A stretch of 64,000 bases of DNA from NCBI GenBank assembly GCA_038087875.1, contig CM075988.1, positions 17,982,001-18,046,000 on the forward strand, in the 5' to 3' direction. Every line of letters begins with the position of its first letter. The first letter of the stretch is position 1. The DNA is from Malacoraja senta. Its lineage: Eukaryota. The notes under the pieces were generated by a model. That model worked only from the letters and a program-made list of their open reading frames with translations. It did not search any database and was not told the origin of the DNA. Shown here piece by piece: positions 49,390-60,650 of the stretch. The position numbers and the translations under genes were made by a program.

Positions 49390-50360
49390 TGTAGACACAA
49401 GGGACGGCAGACGCAGGAATCTTGCATAGAACACAAAGTGCTGGAGTAACAGAGGTTCAGACAGCATTTCTAGAGAATACAGATAAGTGACATTTTGGGA
49501 CCCTTCTACTGACTGGTTGTAGTGGGGGAAAGAGAAAGCTGGAAAAGAGGTTGGGGGAGGACAAAGCCTGGGGAGGGATATGGGTGGAAGAGGATGGTGG
49601 CAGGGACAGGTGTGTGGGATAGTGGGAGGATGGGAGCACACCTGGGTCAGGAAAGGAGGTGGGGAATGGGGGGAGAAGAAGAGAGAAAAAAAAGAGTGAG
49701 GTCTTGCCTAAAATTGGAGAATTCAATGTACATACCGTTAGGTTTGTCTCTTTGGAAAGCGGAAAGGGATGGGGACGGGTCTGTTGGTTTTAAGCATCAG
49801 GGATTCCTATTGCAATAACTATTATTTGGGGAAAATAAGTTCAAAGGAGAAGTTAGTGACACCGAGAGTAGGGGCGTGGCAGAGCTGTGTGAACTGAAGG
49901 TGATGGCTAACCTGTGCCAAGGAACGGGCCATCCTGGCGTTACTCAAGCAGAATATGAGGTGCTGTTCCTCTAGTTTGTGTGTGTCCTCACTCTGGCAAT
50001 GGAGTAGACCAAGGACAGAAAGGTCAGTGTGGGAATGGGAAGGGGAGTTAAAATGGTTAGCAACTGTGAGATCCATCAGGCCTCGGCGCAACAAGCATGA
50101 AATGATCGTCCAGTCTCACCGATGTAAAGGAGGGCACATCGGGGGCACTGAATGCAGTGGATGAGGTCAGGGAGCTGCATGTGAATTTCTTTCTTTCCTG
50201 GAAGGGTTGCTGGGGTTCCTGGATGAATGTGAGGGAGGAGGTAAAGGGACATGAACTGTGGTTGCAGGGTAAAGTACCTGGAGAGGGTACGGTTTGAGTG
50301 GGAAGTGAAAGAGTTGTGGAGAATGTGGTCACTTTGGAAAGCAGAAAGGGGTGGGGACGG
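49390..50360 (-). mobile_element. Degenerate Penelope-like fragment interrupted by a local duplication
   Basis: VANHFNSPSHSHTDLSVLGLLHCQSE...LEEQHLIF and LIHCIQCPRCALLYIGET on the minus strand. Confidence 0.75.
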
Positions 50361-50674
50361 GTCTCTGTTTATTTTAAGCAACAGGGGTTCCCATTGCAAT
50401 AACTATTATTTGGGGAAAATAAGTTCAAAGGAGAAGTTGGTGACACCGAGAGTAGGGGCCTGGCAGAGCTGTGTGAACTGAAGGTGATGGCTAACCTCTG
50501 CCAAGGAAAAGGCGTTTCTCATGCAATGTTTTCATTGTGTTCTCTCCATGTACTTACCAACCCAATGAATACTTCCACATTTACTATTTTGTGAATTTTG
50601 AAATCTGATGAGAGATTGGAAGAGGTTCTGCTATTTAGATTTGCATTAACCAATGACCATCTTTTCTGTTGTAG

Positions 50675-50773
50675 CTGTGACGAGGAAACGGGCAGTCGTT
50701 CCTGGAGCGTTCGAGCAATGGTGAAACAGTACGAGGGCCAAAAGATACCTGTATCACCACCACTCTCACCAAG
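50675..50773 (+). CDS. DIXDC1: DIXDC1-family coding exon 5 (SCDEETGSRSWSVRAMVKQYEGQKIPVSPPLSP)
   Basis: Acceptor CTTTTCTGTTGTAG, 99 nt, donor AAG|GTAATC, phases 2/2. WSVRAMVKQYEGQ matches recalled Dixin WSVRALVQQYEGQ. The gene continues beyond the window. Confidence 0.9.
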
Positions 50774-51452
50774 GTAATCAATGTATTGCTTTCTTAGTTT
50801 CACTCTAGGAGCTTGGCTCCTTCCATTTCTGCTTGTGTATGGATCCAGTTAAATGTGCTAATCATTCCATTGTGGAACTTGCAGGAATTTCAATGTATTA
50901 TGAAACTGGTCAGTAAAAATTGTTTTTCATATTTGTTTTGTTTTTAACATACATGTTGTGAAGAATCATTTTAAAAAGGTAGAACTTTGCATACAATTTA
51001 AACTGACACAAGCGTCTGAAGTTTGACGATAATATAAAAATATTAGGTGGCCAGTAACACCTTGGCATCAGAAACTGCTGAGAGTGATTCTCTTTTCTCC
51101 TGCTCCAGGAAATTGATTTCTGCGTGTATTGCGTGCAGCTGTCTAAACATTGACATGAACCTGAAACATTCCCATGACACCGTTGAAGTGTTGGGGAATT
51201 GCGCACCTCATATCAGACAATATTGATCCCTCAGCTGCATTTCACATGTAGATGATCTAGTCACTTACCCTGTAGCTGTTTGCGTGACTTTCAACATATT
51301 GATGGTGTTACTGCACTTCACTGGGTTGCAATGGTGTTATAGTCATAGAGTGATACTGCGTGGAAATAGGCCCTTCGGCCCAACTTGCCCACACCGGCCA
51401 ACATGTCCCAGTTACTCTAGTCCGCATTTGCCCCATATCCCTCCAATATATA

Positions 51453-54400
51453 CATTGCCCTCCATAATTGTAGATTGGTTATATTACCTATCAATCAATG
51501 TAGTGTTTTATTTCACCCGTTTTGTCCCTTATCTCGTGTTGCTATGGCCAACTCATTCCGTAAACTTGATCCTCTGATTTTTTACTCATACCTCGCTGAA
51601 CCTTGGCGGATTTTTGAGCCCGATTTCAACTTTTACATTCGTGCTGCTCATCGCAATGTTCAACCAGCCCACCGTGTCTCTCTTCTTCTCAACATCGCTG
51701 GCCCAGAAGCTATTAAACGAGCAAAGCGTTTCGACCTTGCTCCTGCAGTTCTGGATCACAACAACCAGATCGTGGTACCTGCTGAAACTCGAGATGATCC
51801 TACTTCTGATACCATGTTGAGTAAATCACACATATTGACGGATCTGGTACACAGTACAAAGGCTGGTACAAAAGCTGGCGCGCCATTTCACTGTACACGG
51901 TGCCCCCGCACGCCGCTTGTCAGATAATGGCAGTCAGTTCACTAGCCAGTCTTTTAAAAACTTTGCCCAACGATGGGATTTTCACCACGTCACCAGCAGT
52001 CCAGAATTTCCACAATCAAACGGACTTGCAGAATGGGCTGTCAGGAGCGCCAAGCAATTGTTGGAGCGCTCACACCTTGCTAAATCCGATATCTACCTGG
52101 ACCTGTTCAACCTGAGGAACATCGCTGTGACCCAATACTGGGGTCTCCTGCCCAACGCCTGATGTCCTGACAGACCCGTGTTGCACTGCCTGTGCCCCAA
52201 CAACTACTGCAGCCACACGTTCGTTCACCACTTGCTGTCCAGAAACAACTCCAACTGAAACGCGATACCCAAAAGCGATTTATTTTTTTTGTGATAAATT
52301 CAGCAAACCACTTCCACCTCTCTCCAGTGGCCAAGTCGTTCGCCTTCAAATCAACAAGGGCTATGGCCGTTTGGGTTTCATCCACAGTCCCGCAGAAGAA
52401 CTACGTACGGAGGGATCTACGGACGCAACCGTCGACAACTTCCTGTGCAGGAACCATGTCCTGCTGTCTCATATCCTGATGCTCCGCGTCCGATCTACAC
52501 ATCTGCTGACGGACTTTCTCTTCCCTCGCGACCTGCAGCTGCAGACCCTCCCCTGGTTGTGTCTCCTGCTCCCTCACCACGCTCGGTGCCCCGCTCGCCG
52601 TGTTTGTCCCCCGAGTCCCCAGTGCTCCCGCAGCCCAGGACCCCGGCACTCTCGCCGATGAACGGAGGAGATGTGGACCTGTACCGTACGCATGTGGGAC
52701 GGGTTTGTAGGCTGCCCCTTAGATACAAGGACTTTGTTTGAACCATCTGAACTTCCTTGTATGCGCTATTAGCGTTTCGGTTGCATTATTAACCAGTTAG
52801 CACCAAGTAACGTACTTATACATATATATCATTTTATTGTAGATGTGTCACTTTTATTCTTACAAGGAAAGATGTAGATTGGTTACATTACTTACTAACC
52901 AATGTAGTGCTTTATTAATATAAACTCCGCCTACTACCACACCATTCATAGTATCGCTACCCGACATGTACTGTTAGTTGGTACTGCTGCATGGTAGGAT
53001 TAACATGCTGCAGTATATTGTATACGTTACTCAATAAATACTGTTGTACCAGATCCGTGAGTATGTGTGATTTACTCAACAATAATGTTTGGGACAAAGA
53101 CCCATCATTTATTTATTTGCCTCTGTAATCCACAATTTGAGATTTGTAATAGAAAAAAAATCACGTGGTTAAAGTGCACATTGTCAGATTTTAATAAAGG
53201 TAATTTTTATACATTTTGGTTTCACCATGTAGAAATTACAGCTGTGTTTATACATAGTCGCCCCATTTCAGGGCACCATAATGTTTGGGACACATGGCTT
53301 CACGGACGTCTGTAATTGCTCAGGTGCCTCCTTATTGCAGGTATAAGAGAGCTCTCAGCACCTAGTCTTTCCTCCAGTCTTTCCATCACCTTTGGAAACT
53401 TTTATTGCTGTTTATCAACATGAGGACCAAAGTTGTGCCAATGAAAGTCAAAGAAGCTATTATGAGACTGAGAAACAAGAATAAAACTTTTAGAGACATC
53501 AGCCAAACCTTAGGCTTACCAAAATCAACTGTTTGGAACATCATTAAGAAGAAAGAGAGCACTGGTGAGCTTACTAATTGCAAAGGGACTGGCAGGCCAA
53601 GGAAGTCCTCCACAGCTCTCGATAAGAAAGAAAAATCCCCAAACGCCTGTCCGACAGATCAGAAACACTCTTCAGGTGTGGATTTGTTAATGACCATTGT
53701 CCGCAGAAGACTTCATGAACAGAAATACAGAGGCTACACTTCAAGATACAAACCACTGGTTAGCCGCAAAAATAGGATGGCCGGGTTACAGTTTGCCAAG
53801 ATGTACTTAAAAGACCAACCACAGTTCTAAAAATAGGTCTTGTGGACAGATGAGATGAAGATTAACTTATATCAGAGTGATGGCAAGAGCAAAGTATGGA
53901 GGAGAGAAGGAACTGCCCAAGATCCAAAGCATACCACCTCATCTGTGAAACACGATGGTGGGGATGTTATGGCCTGGGCATGTATGGCTGCTGAAGGTAC
54001 TGGCTCACTTATCATCATTTGATGATACAACTGCTGATGGTAGTAGCATAATGAATTCTGAAGTGTATAGACACATCCTATCTGCTCAAGTTCAAACAAA
54101 TGCCTCAAAACTCATTGTCCGGCGGTTCATTCTACAGCAAGACAATGATCCCAAACATACTGCTAAAGCAACAAAGGAGTTTTACAAAGCTAGAAAATGG
54201 TCAATACTTGAGTGGCCAAGTCAATCACCCGATCTGAACCCAATTGAGCATGCCTTTTATATGCTTAAGAGAAAACTGAAAGGGACTAGCCCCCAAAACA
54301 AGCATAAGCTAAAGATGGCTGCAACACAGGCCTGGCAGAGCATCACCAGCAACTGGTGATGTCCATGAATCGCAGACTTCAAGCAGTCATTGCATGCAAA

Positions 54401-54675
54401 GGATATGCAACAAAATACTAAACATGACTACTTTTATTTGCATGACATTGCTGTGTCCCAAACATTATGGTGCCCTGAAATGGGGGGACTGCAGAAAACA
54501 CTGCTGTCATTTCTACATGGTGAAACCAAAATGTATAAAAATGGTCTTTATTAAAATCTGACAATGTGCACTTTAACCACATGTGATTTTTTTCTATTAC
54601 AAATCTCAAATTGTGGAGTACAGAGGCAAATAAATAAATGATGGGTCTTTGTCCCAAACATTATGGAGTGCACTG
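51453..54675 (+). mobile_element. Tc1-family DNA transposon with long TIRs and a broken transposase (about 53420-54420)
   Basis: TA|CATTGCCCTCCATAAT...ATTATGGAGTGCACTG|TA; inverted repeats of about 230 bp (53082-53290 versus about 54450-54675); motifs WTDEMK, QQDNDPKH, WPSQSPDLNPIE, GRPRK. Confidence 0.93.
51469..53081 (+). mobile_element. Internally deleted Gypsy-type LTR retrotransposon
   Basis: TG...CA ends; 5-bp TSD ATAAT (51464-51468, 53082-53086); truncated 5' LTR 51469 to about 51513; 3' LTR 52873-53081 after PPT AAGGAAAGA; gag start MANSFRKLDPL...WRIFE; integrase SDNGSQF...SSPEFPQSNGLAE. Confidence 0.9.
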
Positions 54676-55402
54676 TATGTCCTATCCATGTAATTGTGTA
54701 ATCCATGGTGGACCATGTAATCCATAATAACCAGACTTTAGAAGTTAGCTATGAAGCTATGAAAATAGCTATGAAGTACTAGCATCGTCCCGTCATTGTG
54801 AATGGTGCTATAAAGCAGCAAGAGTTTTTATTCTTGATATCCATGTGTCGATTCACTTCCAGCATTAGTACCTCAATAGTGATCAAAGATGCAGAAATCA
54901 GCTGACCTATTTATCTAACCCCACCTCCCTTAATCTGGAGCAGTGGTACTGAATGTAGCAGTTGTGTTGTAGATGGGTTAGTGGAACCTGCTACTATCCT
55001 GGTCTGTTTGCCTTGGATAACGTGTGATAAACTCAGTGAATCGTTGGTGGAATTGCATCGCACTTCGAACTATTGTAACTCTGAATCCAAACTCTAGGCT
55101 AGATTTAGTGTGATTCGTAAATAAAATCATAGTAATAACATACTATGCTATTTTTAGTGTTACGGTTAGTAAAGTCTATCTCCAAGCACATGTTCGAGGC
55201 TTGTAAAAGTTATATATAGAGGTAATTAGAAGTTGGGCAGAACAGTTAAATGCAGAAATATATCATTAAATCTTCAGACGGGAGAATTTTGCTAAAGTAA
55301 CTAGATCCTCTTGATTTAAATTTTCTTTTTGAGGTTGCACATGGTCTGACCTGATGTAACAGATTTTGGGGGAAATCATGCTCGGAGGTGGAGGGTGGGG
55401 AG

Positions 55403-56478
55403 CAGGGACGTGCGGTCAGGGGAGGCAGGGGAGGCAGAGCCTCACCTGTCATACTCCCAATGAAAATAGCTGTTAAGAAAAGCAAAGAAAAATAATAATA
55501 AAATAAAATAAATATAAAGATATTTCCACTGATCTGTGTTATAAATGTCATTTCTATATGAATCTAATCATTTTTTATAGTCAAAATCGCCAAATTTGCG
55601 CAGCTCCACTGCAAATACAGGGAGAAATGGGAGGTGAGGCAACGACGAGCTGAGCCTCCCCTCTGATTGCGCAACCCCTCAGAAACTGGATGGAGCGCGG
55701 GTGTGTGCCTGTTACTATCTCTCTGTATGTCACCAATGTAATGTTTGTAAACCCCTTCATTACATGTCCTCGCCTTCCATAGTCCAGGTAACTTATATCA
55801 CGTATAAATATATTAAATTTAGGCTCGCTGGTCTCGTCATAAAACTGTAAGAAAAAGCACCAGGGGAGGCAGCGATCACATCTGCCTCACTGAGGGGGCG
55901 TGTCTTGAGCCCAGTGGAGGGAGAGCGAGCGTCAATTATGTAGGCTCAGCCCACGTAATTGACGCTACCCCACTCTCCCTCCACGTTAACTAGCTTCAGC
56001 AGCGGCGGCGCAGCACTGGATTCCACCGTTGGCGGCGCTGACTTTCCAGCCGCGGGCGGCGCTGACTGGTAGGATGATTCGTTGATTTGTAGCGGCCGAT
56101 TCGGAGGCTCTGGGTGCTAAGAGCTCCCAATTGGGCCCCGCGCCTAAGGGGGCCCCGCGCTGGAGTAATGTACTCTCGGCTCGGGTAGATCTACCCCGGG
56201 TGGAGGGGGGAGAGAGAGTAGAGGGGTGGAGGGGGAAGCAAGGGGTAGACGGGGAAGGGGGTATGAGGGGGAATGGAGAAGGGGGCGAGGGGGAGGTGGG
56301 TCATTCCCTCACGGTCCCAGGGCAACGCTCCCGCCCCTCCAGTCGCCGTGCTTCACGCACACAGCCCCGGCTCCACCCCTCTCTCTCCCCGGGGAGTCGC
56401 GGTGATCAATACAGGGAGGGCCGGGCCACTGATACTAGCCAGTGCCTCCCCAGCCATTGACCTCACCGCACGTCACTG
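55403..56478. mobile_element. hAT-type non-autonomous element
   Basis: TIRs CAGGGACGTGCGGTCAGG / CCTCACCGCACGTCACTG (16/18 match); perfect 8-bp TSD GTGGGGAG (55395-55402, 56479-56486). Confidence 0.9.
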
Positions 56479-57689
56479 GTGGGGAGGTGGGAGGAGGGAT
56501 AGTCGGAGATGAGGGGGATGGTTGGAGGTGGGGGAGAGATGGTCGGAGGTGGGGTGGGACAGACAAGGACACAACAGATTGGGGCAGGAGATTGCTGAAC
56601 CTGCAGGGTGAACACTGGACTGACATGGTGTGAGGCGTGGATATGAAGCCGTTAATCCGAGCTGGATTACATTCATGAATCATATGTTGCTATTGCCTTC
56701 CCAGCAATCACTTGGAAGAGATAATAACCTGGATTGTATTTGTGCTTGGTTTAGATCCGTTCAGCATCCTTGAGAGATTTCTTATGTGTATACTTCCTTA
56801 AAATATTGGTATGGTGATTCATTATTATATTCAGCAAATCCCAAGTGCTGGAGGAACTCAGTGGGCCAGGCAGCATCTGTGCAGGGCCGAACCCTACTTC
56901 AGACTTTCTTCTGTCTTCATGATTATATTGTTACATCTTCGCAGAGTATAACAGTACAATGTTTTATTGTTGTGTTAGTGTCTACCATTACGATTAACTT
57001 CAAATTCTTATTTACATTCTCATTTTTTAATTCCATTCTGAATAGGTTTTCCTGCATCCACCCATTTTCATTTACTTTTCTGCCTGTAGATGTTGCAGAG
57101 GTTCTCGCTCTAACTGAGCATACATAACTGCTGCATACTTGTTGCATCACAACCTGAAGCAGCAGCAGGACTGCGGCCCTCTGCCAATCCTCACCATGAT
57201 CATGGCTCATCTTCAACCTCGCTTCCAGTTTCCTGCCCGCTCTCCGCTACCTTCAATTCCCTTAACATCCAAAAATCTACTGACAAAATCTAATAAAAAG
57301 GAACTGCAGAAGCTGGTTTATACCAAAGATAGTCACAAAATGTTGGAGTAACTCAGGCAGCATCTCTGGAGAAAATAGACTGGTCACGTTTCGGTTCGGG
57401 ATCCTTCTTCAGATTGAAGAAGGGTCCTGACCTGAAACATCACTTACCCATATCCTCCAGAGGAGCTGCCTGACCTGTGGAATTACTCCAGCATTTTGTG
57501 TCTATCAAAGATCTTCTGATCTTTATTTTGGATGAACACCATGACTCTACTTCGACAGGTGCTAGCGAGAGAATTTTGATGAATCGCCGATGTCTCCTCA
57601 TCTCTGAACCCCTAACCTAAATGCTGCCATAATGCCCTCTGGACAGTTTGGTATTATAATGGCTCTGGAGTCTTCAAAGTAGTGAAGGA

Positions 57690-57895
57690 GCATTCAAGAT
57701 AGGACTGAGAACATCAAGCCCATACATTGAGAACACAAAGAAGCTAAAGAGTCCACCATCTTCTAAATTATCAGCTGAAAATCCTACCCCGTGTGCGGCA
57801 CAGTCTGCAGATTGCACCTTGGCCCCACCAATTGCTTGATCCCACACAACGAGTAGAGTCAAATTGACCTTGATCCAAGAGACTGCCATGGGAGA
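57690..57895 (+). mobile_element. Possible old RTE-clade LINE 3' end
   Basis: CCCGTGTGCGGCACAGTCTGC...ATTGCTTGATC resembles the terminal CxxC..IGL.SH region of RTE elements; very degenerate. Confidence 0.35.
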
Positions 57896-57908
57896 GAAAG
57901 GAAACTCA

Positions 57909-58051
57909 AATAGACAATAGACAATAGGTGCAGGAGTAGGCCATTCGGCCCTTCGAGCCAGCACCACCATTCAATGTGATCATGGCTGATCATCCCCAAT
58001 CAGTACCCCGTTCCTGCCTTCTCCCCATATCCCATGACTCCGCTGTCTTTA
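57909..58051 (-). mobile_element. Young CR1 3' tip
   Basis: Near identical to 21893-22030. Confidence 0.85.
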
Positions 58052-59034
58052 ATAGAGAAAATCTCTCCACTCATCCAATTCATCCAGAAGATTGATCAGG
58101 GTTTTCATTCTAATTGCTAACCAACTATATTGTCTTCAGAAATCAATGTGCTATGTTAGACTCGAGTCATTGTGTTCTCAAATGGTCGGTGGGCACTCTT
58201 CAATTTGCCTGGGTGAAGTGTCAGTGCATTCTCTGAGTTCATGCACCCAACTGAGGGTATTGCAGATTCTGAAGAGAAAGTGCAGAAAATCTCAGGAAAG
58301 AGCCTTTGGGGGAATTGGAGAATGGATATGAGAAAGGAAGCATAAATTGGCTTTGAACCCTGTAGAAATCATGTGCATTCCTTAATTACCAGCCTGTGGC
58401 CAGAGTAATCATCTGTTCAGTCAAGAGTGCAATATTATTTAAATAGTATTGTTTGAAAAATTATTGGATTTTTAAGGTGGCTGGATGAATTGGATGAGTG
58501 GTGAGGTTTTCCAAAGCTTGGTGCTGTATCCTATTGAGGGGATTAAAGCAAGTAATTAGAAACTGATTATGTATGAAATTAAATCTAAAACTGTTCTACA
58601 TTAATGGCAGTATTTTTTTAAAGACATTTGAAACTATTCCATATTATGGTGATCTAGGGCATTTTTCCCCCAGGATGATTTTTAATTGAAGACATCTGTG
58701 ATGCAGCCCAAGCTATTTTAAAGATTGAGAAATAGGACAGAAGTTGGAGACCAGAGCAATTGTACATTCCATTTCTTTACACCCTTTAACCCAATGTTTT
58801 CCTTACAAAATAAATGGTAGAAATGTATGCCTTTGAACGTGGATTAAGCCCACTGACTATAGGCCATGTATAATAGGAATTTTCTACCATCCACCACTTC
58901 CAGCTCTCAGTATTTATTACTCTAGGCTTTCATATTCAATATTAATAATTTCATAGAAACTATATTATGCTGGAGATCTCAATATCTTAATACTCATAAC
59001 AGTAAACATTATTTCCTTCCTATTTCCAATGACT

Positions 59035-59570
59035 AATAGAGTCATGCAGCATGGAACCAGGCCCTTTGGCCCAACCTATCCATGCTGACCAAGATGCCCC
59101 ATCTAAGCTAGTCCCATTTGATAGATAGATAGATAGATAGATTCCTTTATTGTCATTCAGACCTTTCGGTCTGAACAAAATTATGTTGCCTGCAGTCATA
59201 CACAGAACCAATAATAACAAAACATACAATAAACACAAATTAAACATCCACCACAGTGAGTTCATCAAGCACATCCTCACTGTGATGGAGGCAAAGTCTT
59301 AGTCTCCGTCTCTTCCCTCCTTGTTCTCCCTCATTTGCTTGTGTTTGGCTCCTAACCCATTATCTCTTGTTCTCCCACATTTGCATGTGTTTGGCTCCTA
59401 ACCCATTATCTCTTTCCTATCCATGTACCTGTTCAAGTCTTTTAAATGTTGTTATTGTATCTACTGCAACTACCTTCACTGTCAGCTTGTCCCATATACC
59501 CACCACCCTCTAAGTGAAAACAATGCCCCTTAAATTCCTATTAAATCTTTCCCCTCTCAACTTAAACCTA
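59035..59570 (-). mobile_element. CR1 3' fragment with a nested short retroelement (59121-59331, 6-bp TSD CATTTG)
   Basis: CATTTG at 59115-59120 and 59332-59337. Insert has a (GATA)n tail and stem-loop TTCAGACC-TTTC-GGTCTGAA. It is followed by a 36-bp direct repeat with 46-bp period. Confidence 0.75.
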
Positions 59571-59759
59571 TATTAAGCAGTACCTCATATTCCGCTCGGG
59601 TAACATACAACCTAACAGCATGAATATTGAGTAGGAACGAACTGCAGATGCTGGTTTAAATCAAAGGTAGACAAAATGCTGGAGTAACTCAGGCAGCATC
59701 TCTGGAGAGAAGGAACGGGTGACGTTTCGCGTCAAAAATCTTCTTCAGACTGGAATCCT

Positions 59760-60145
59760 AGAAGAAGGGCAAAGAAATGACCTTATGGAAATGTGTCAGG
59801 TACTGAGGGGGGATTTGGAAAGATCAGCATTGAGATTTCCACTGGTGGGAGAGCTCTGAACATCAGGATACAATTGTGAGATATGGTCATTTAAAACAAA
59901 GCTTCGGAACAACTTCTTGAGGAGGGAGGTGACTCTCTGGGATTCTTTGCACTCCAGGGTGTGGTGGCCGGATCACAAGGAGGAGGTAGATAAATACTTG
60001 GAAGATTATGGAACTCATACTGATGGATTCTGACACGGAACAAGACTTGAGATGTGGGACAGGTCAGCCAGGAGCAGATGGAAAGGCGGGCAGGCTCGCA
60101 GGGCTGGGTGACCTACTCCTGATCATACTTCCTTGTGTTCTTAAC
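59760..60145 (+). mobile_element. Old CR1-type 3' fragment
   Basis: Degenerate LE.R.RNDLME, NFLRREVTLWDSL and tail CCTACTCCTG...CCTTGTGTTCTT. Confidence 0.5.
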
Positions 60146-60344
60146 CTTGTATTATCGAGCAAGCGGATAAGAGAGAAAAGAAAAGTGGTGACTGGATTTT
60201 TAAATGCTGCAGTAAGGAAGTAATGTGCAGAGCTTTGCATTTAGGTATTGGCTTGGTTCAGGTGCAGGCATCTTGTGTCTGAAGGAGATGGTGGTGAGTG
60301 TGAGCCTCACTTCTGAAATGGGCACCTTATCAATGTAAAACGTT

Positions 60345-60650
60345 AGTTTAGATTAGAGATACAACATGGAAACAGGTTCTTTGGCCCCCCGAGTCCACGT
60401 TGACCAGTGATCCCTGTACACTAGCACAATCCCACACACTAGGGACAATTTACAATCTTTACCAAAGAAAATTAGCCTACATACCTGTACGTCTTTGGAA
60501 TGTGGGAGGAAACCGGAGCACCCACCGAAAACCCACACGATCACGGGAAGAACGCACAAGCTCCATACAGACAACACCCATATTCAGGATCAAACCCAGG
60601 TCTCTGGCGCTGTAAGGCAGCAACTTTACCACTGCACCACCGTGCTGCCC
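60345..60650 (-). mobile_element. V-SINE (HE1-like), full length
   Basis: Reverse complement of the 17455-17750 type sequence. Confidence 0.85.

Noticed and set aside
4735..58051. Recurrent near-identical motifs (e.g. GGTGCAGGAGTAGGCCATTCGGCCCTTCGAGCC) as a CRISPR-like or regularly spaced array
   Set aside because: Irregularly dispersed over tens of kb; they are 3' tips of CR1 LINEs, with no repeat-spacer periodicity and no cas genes.
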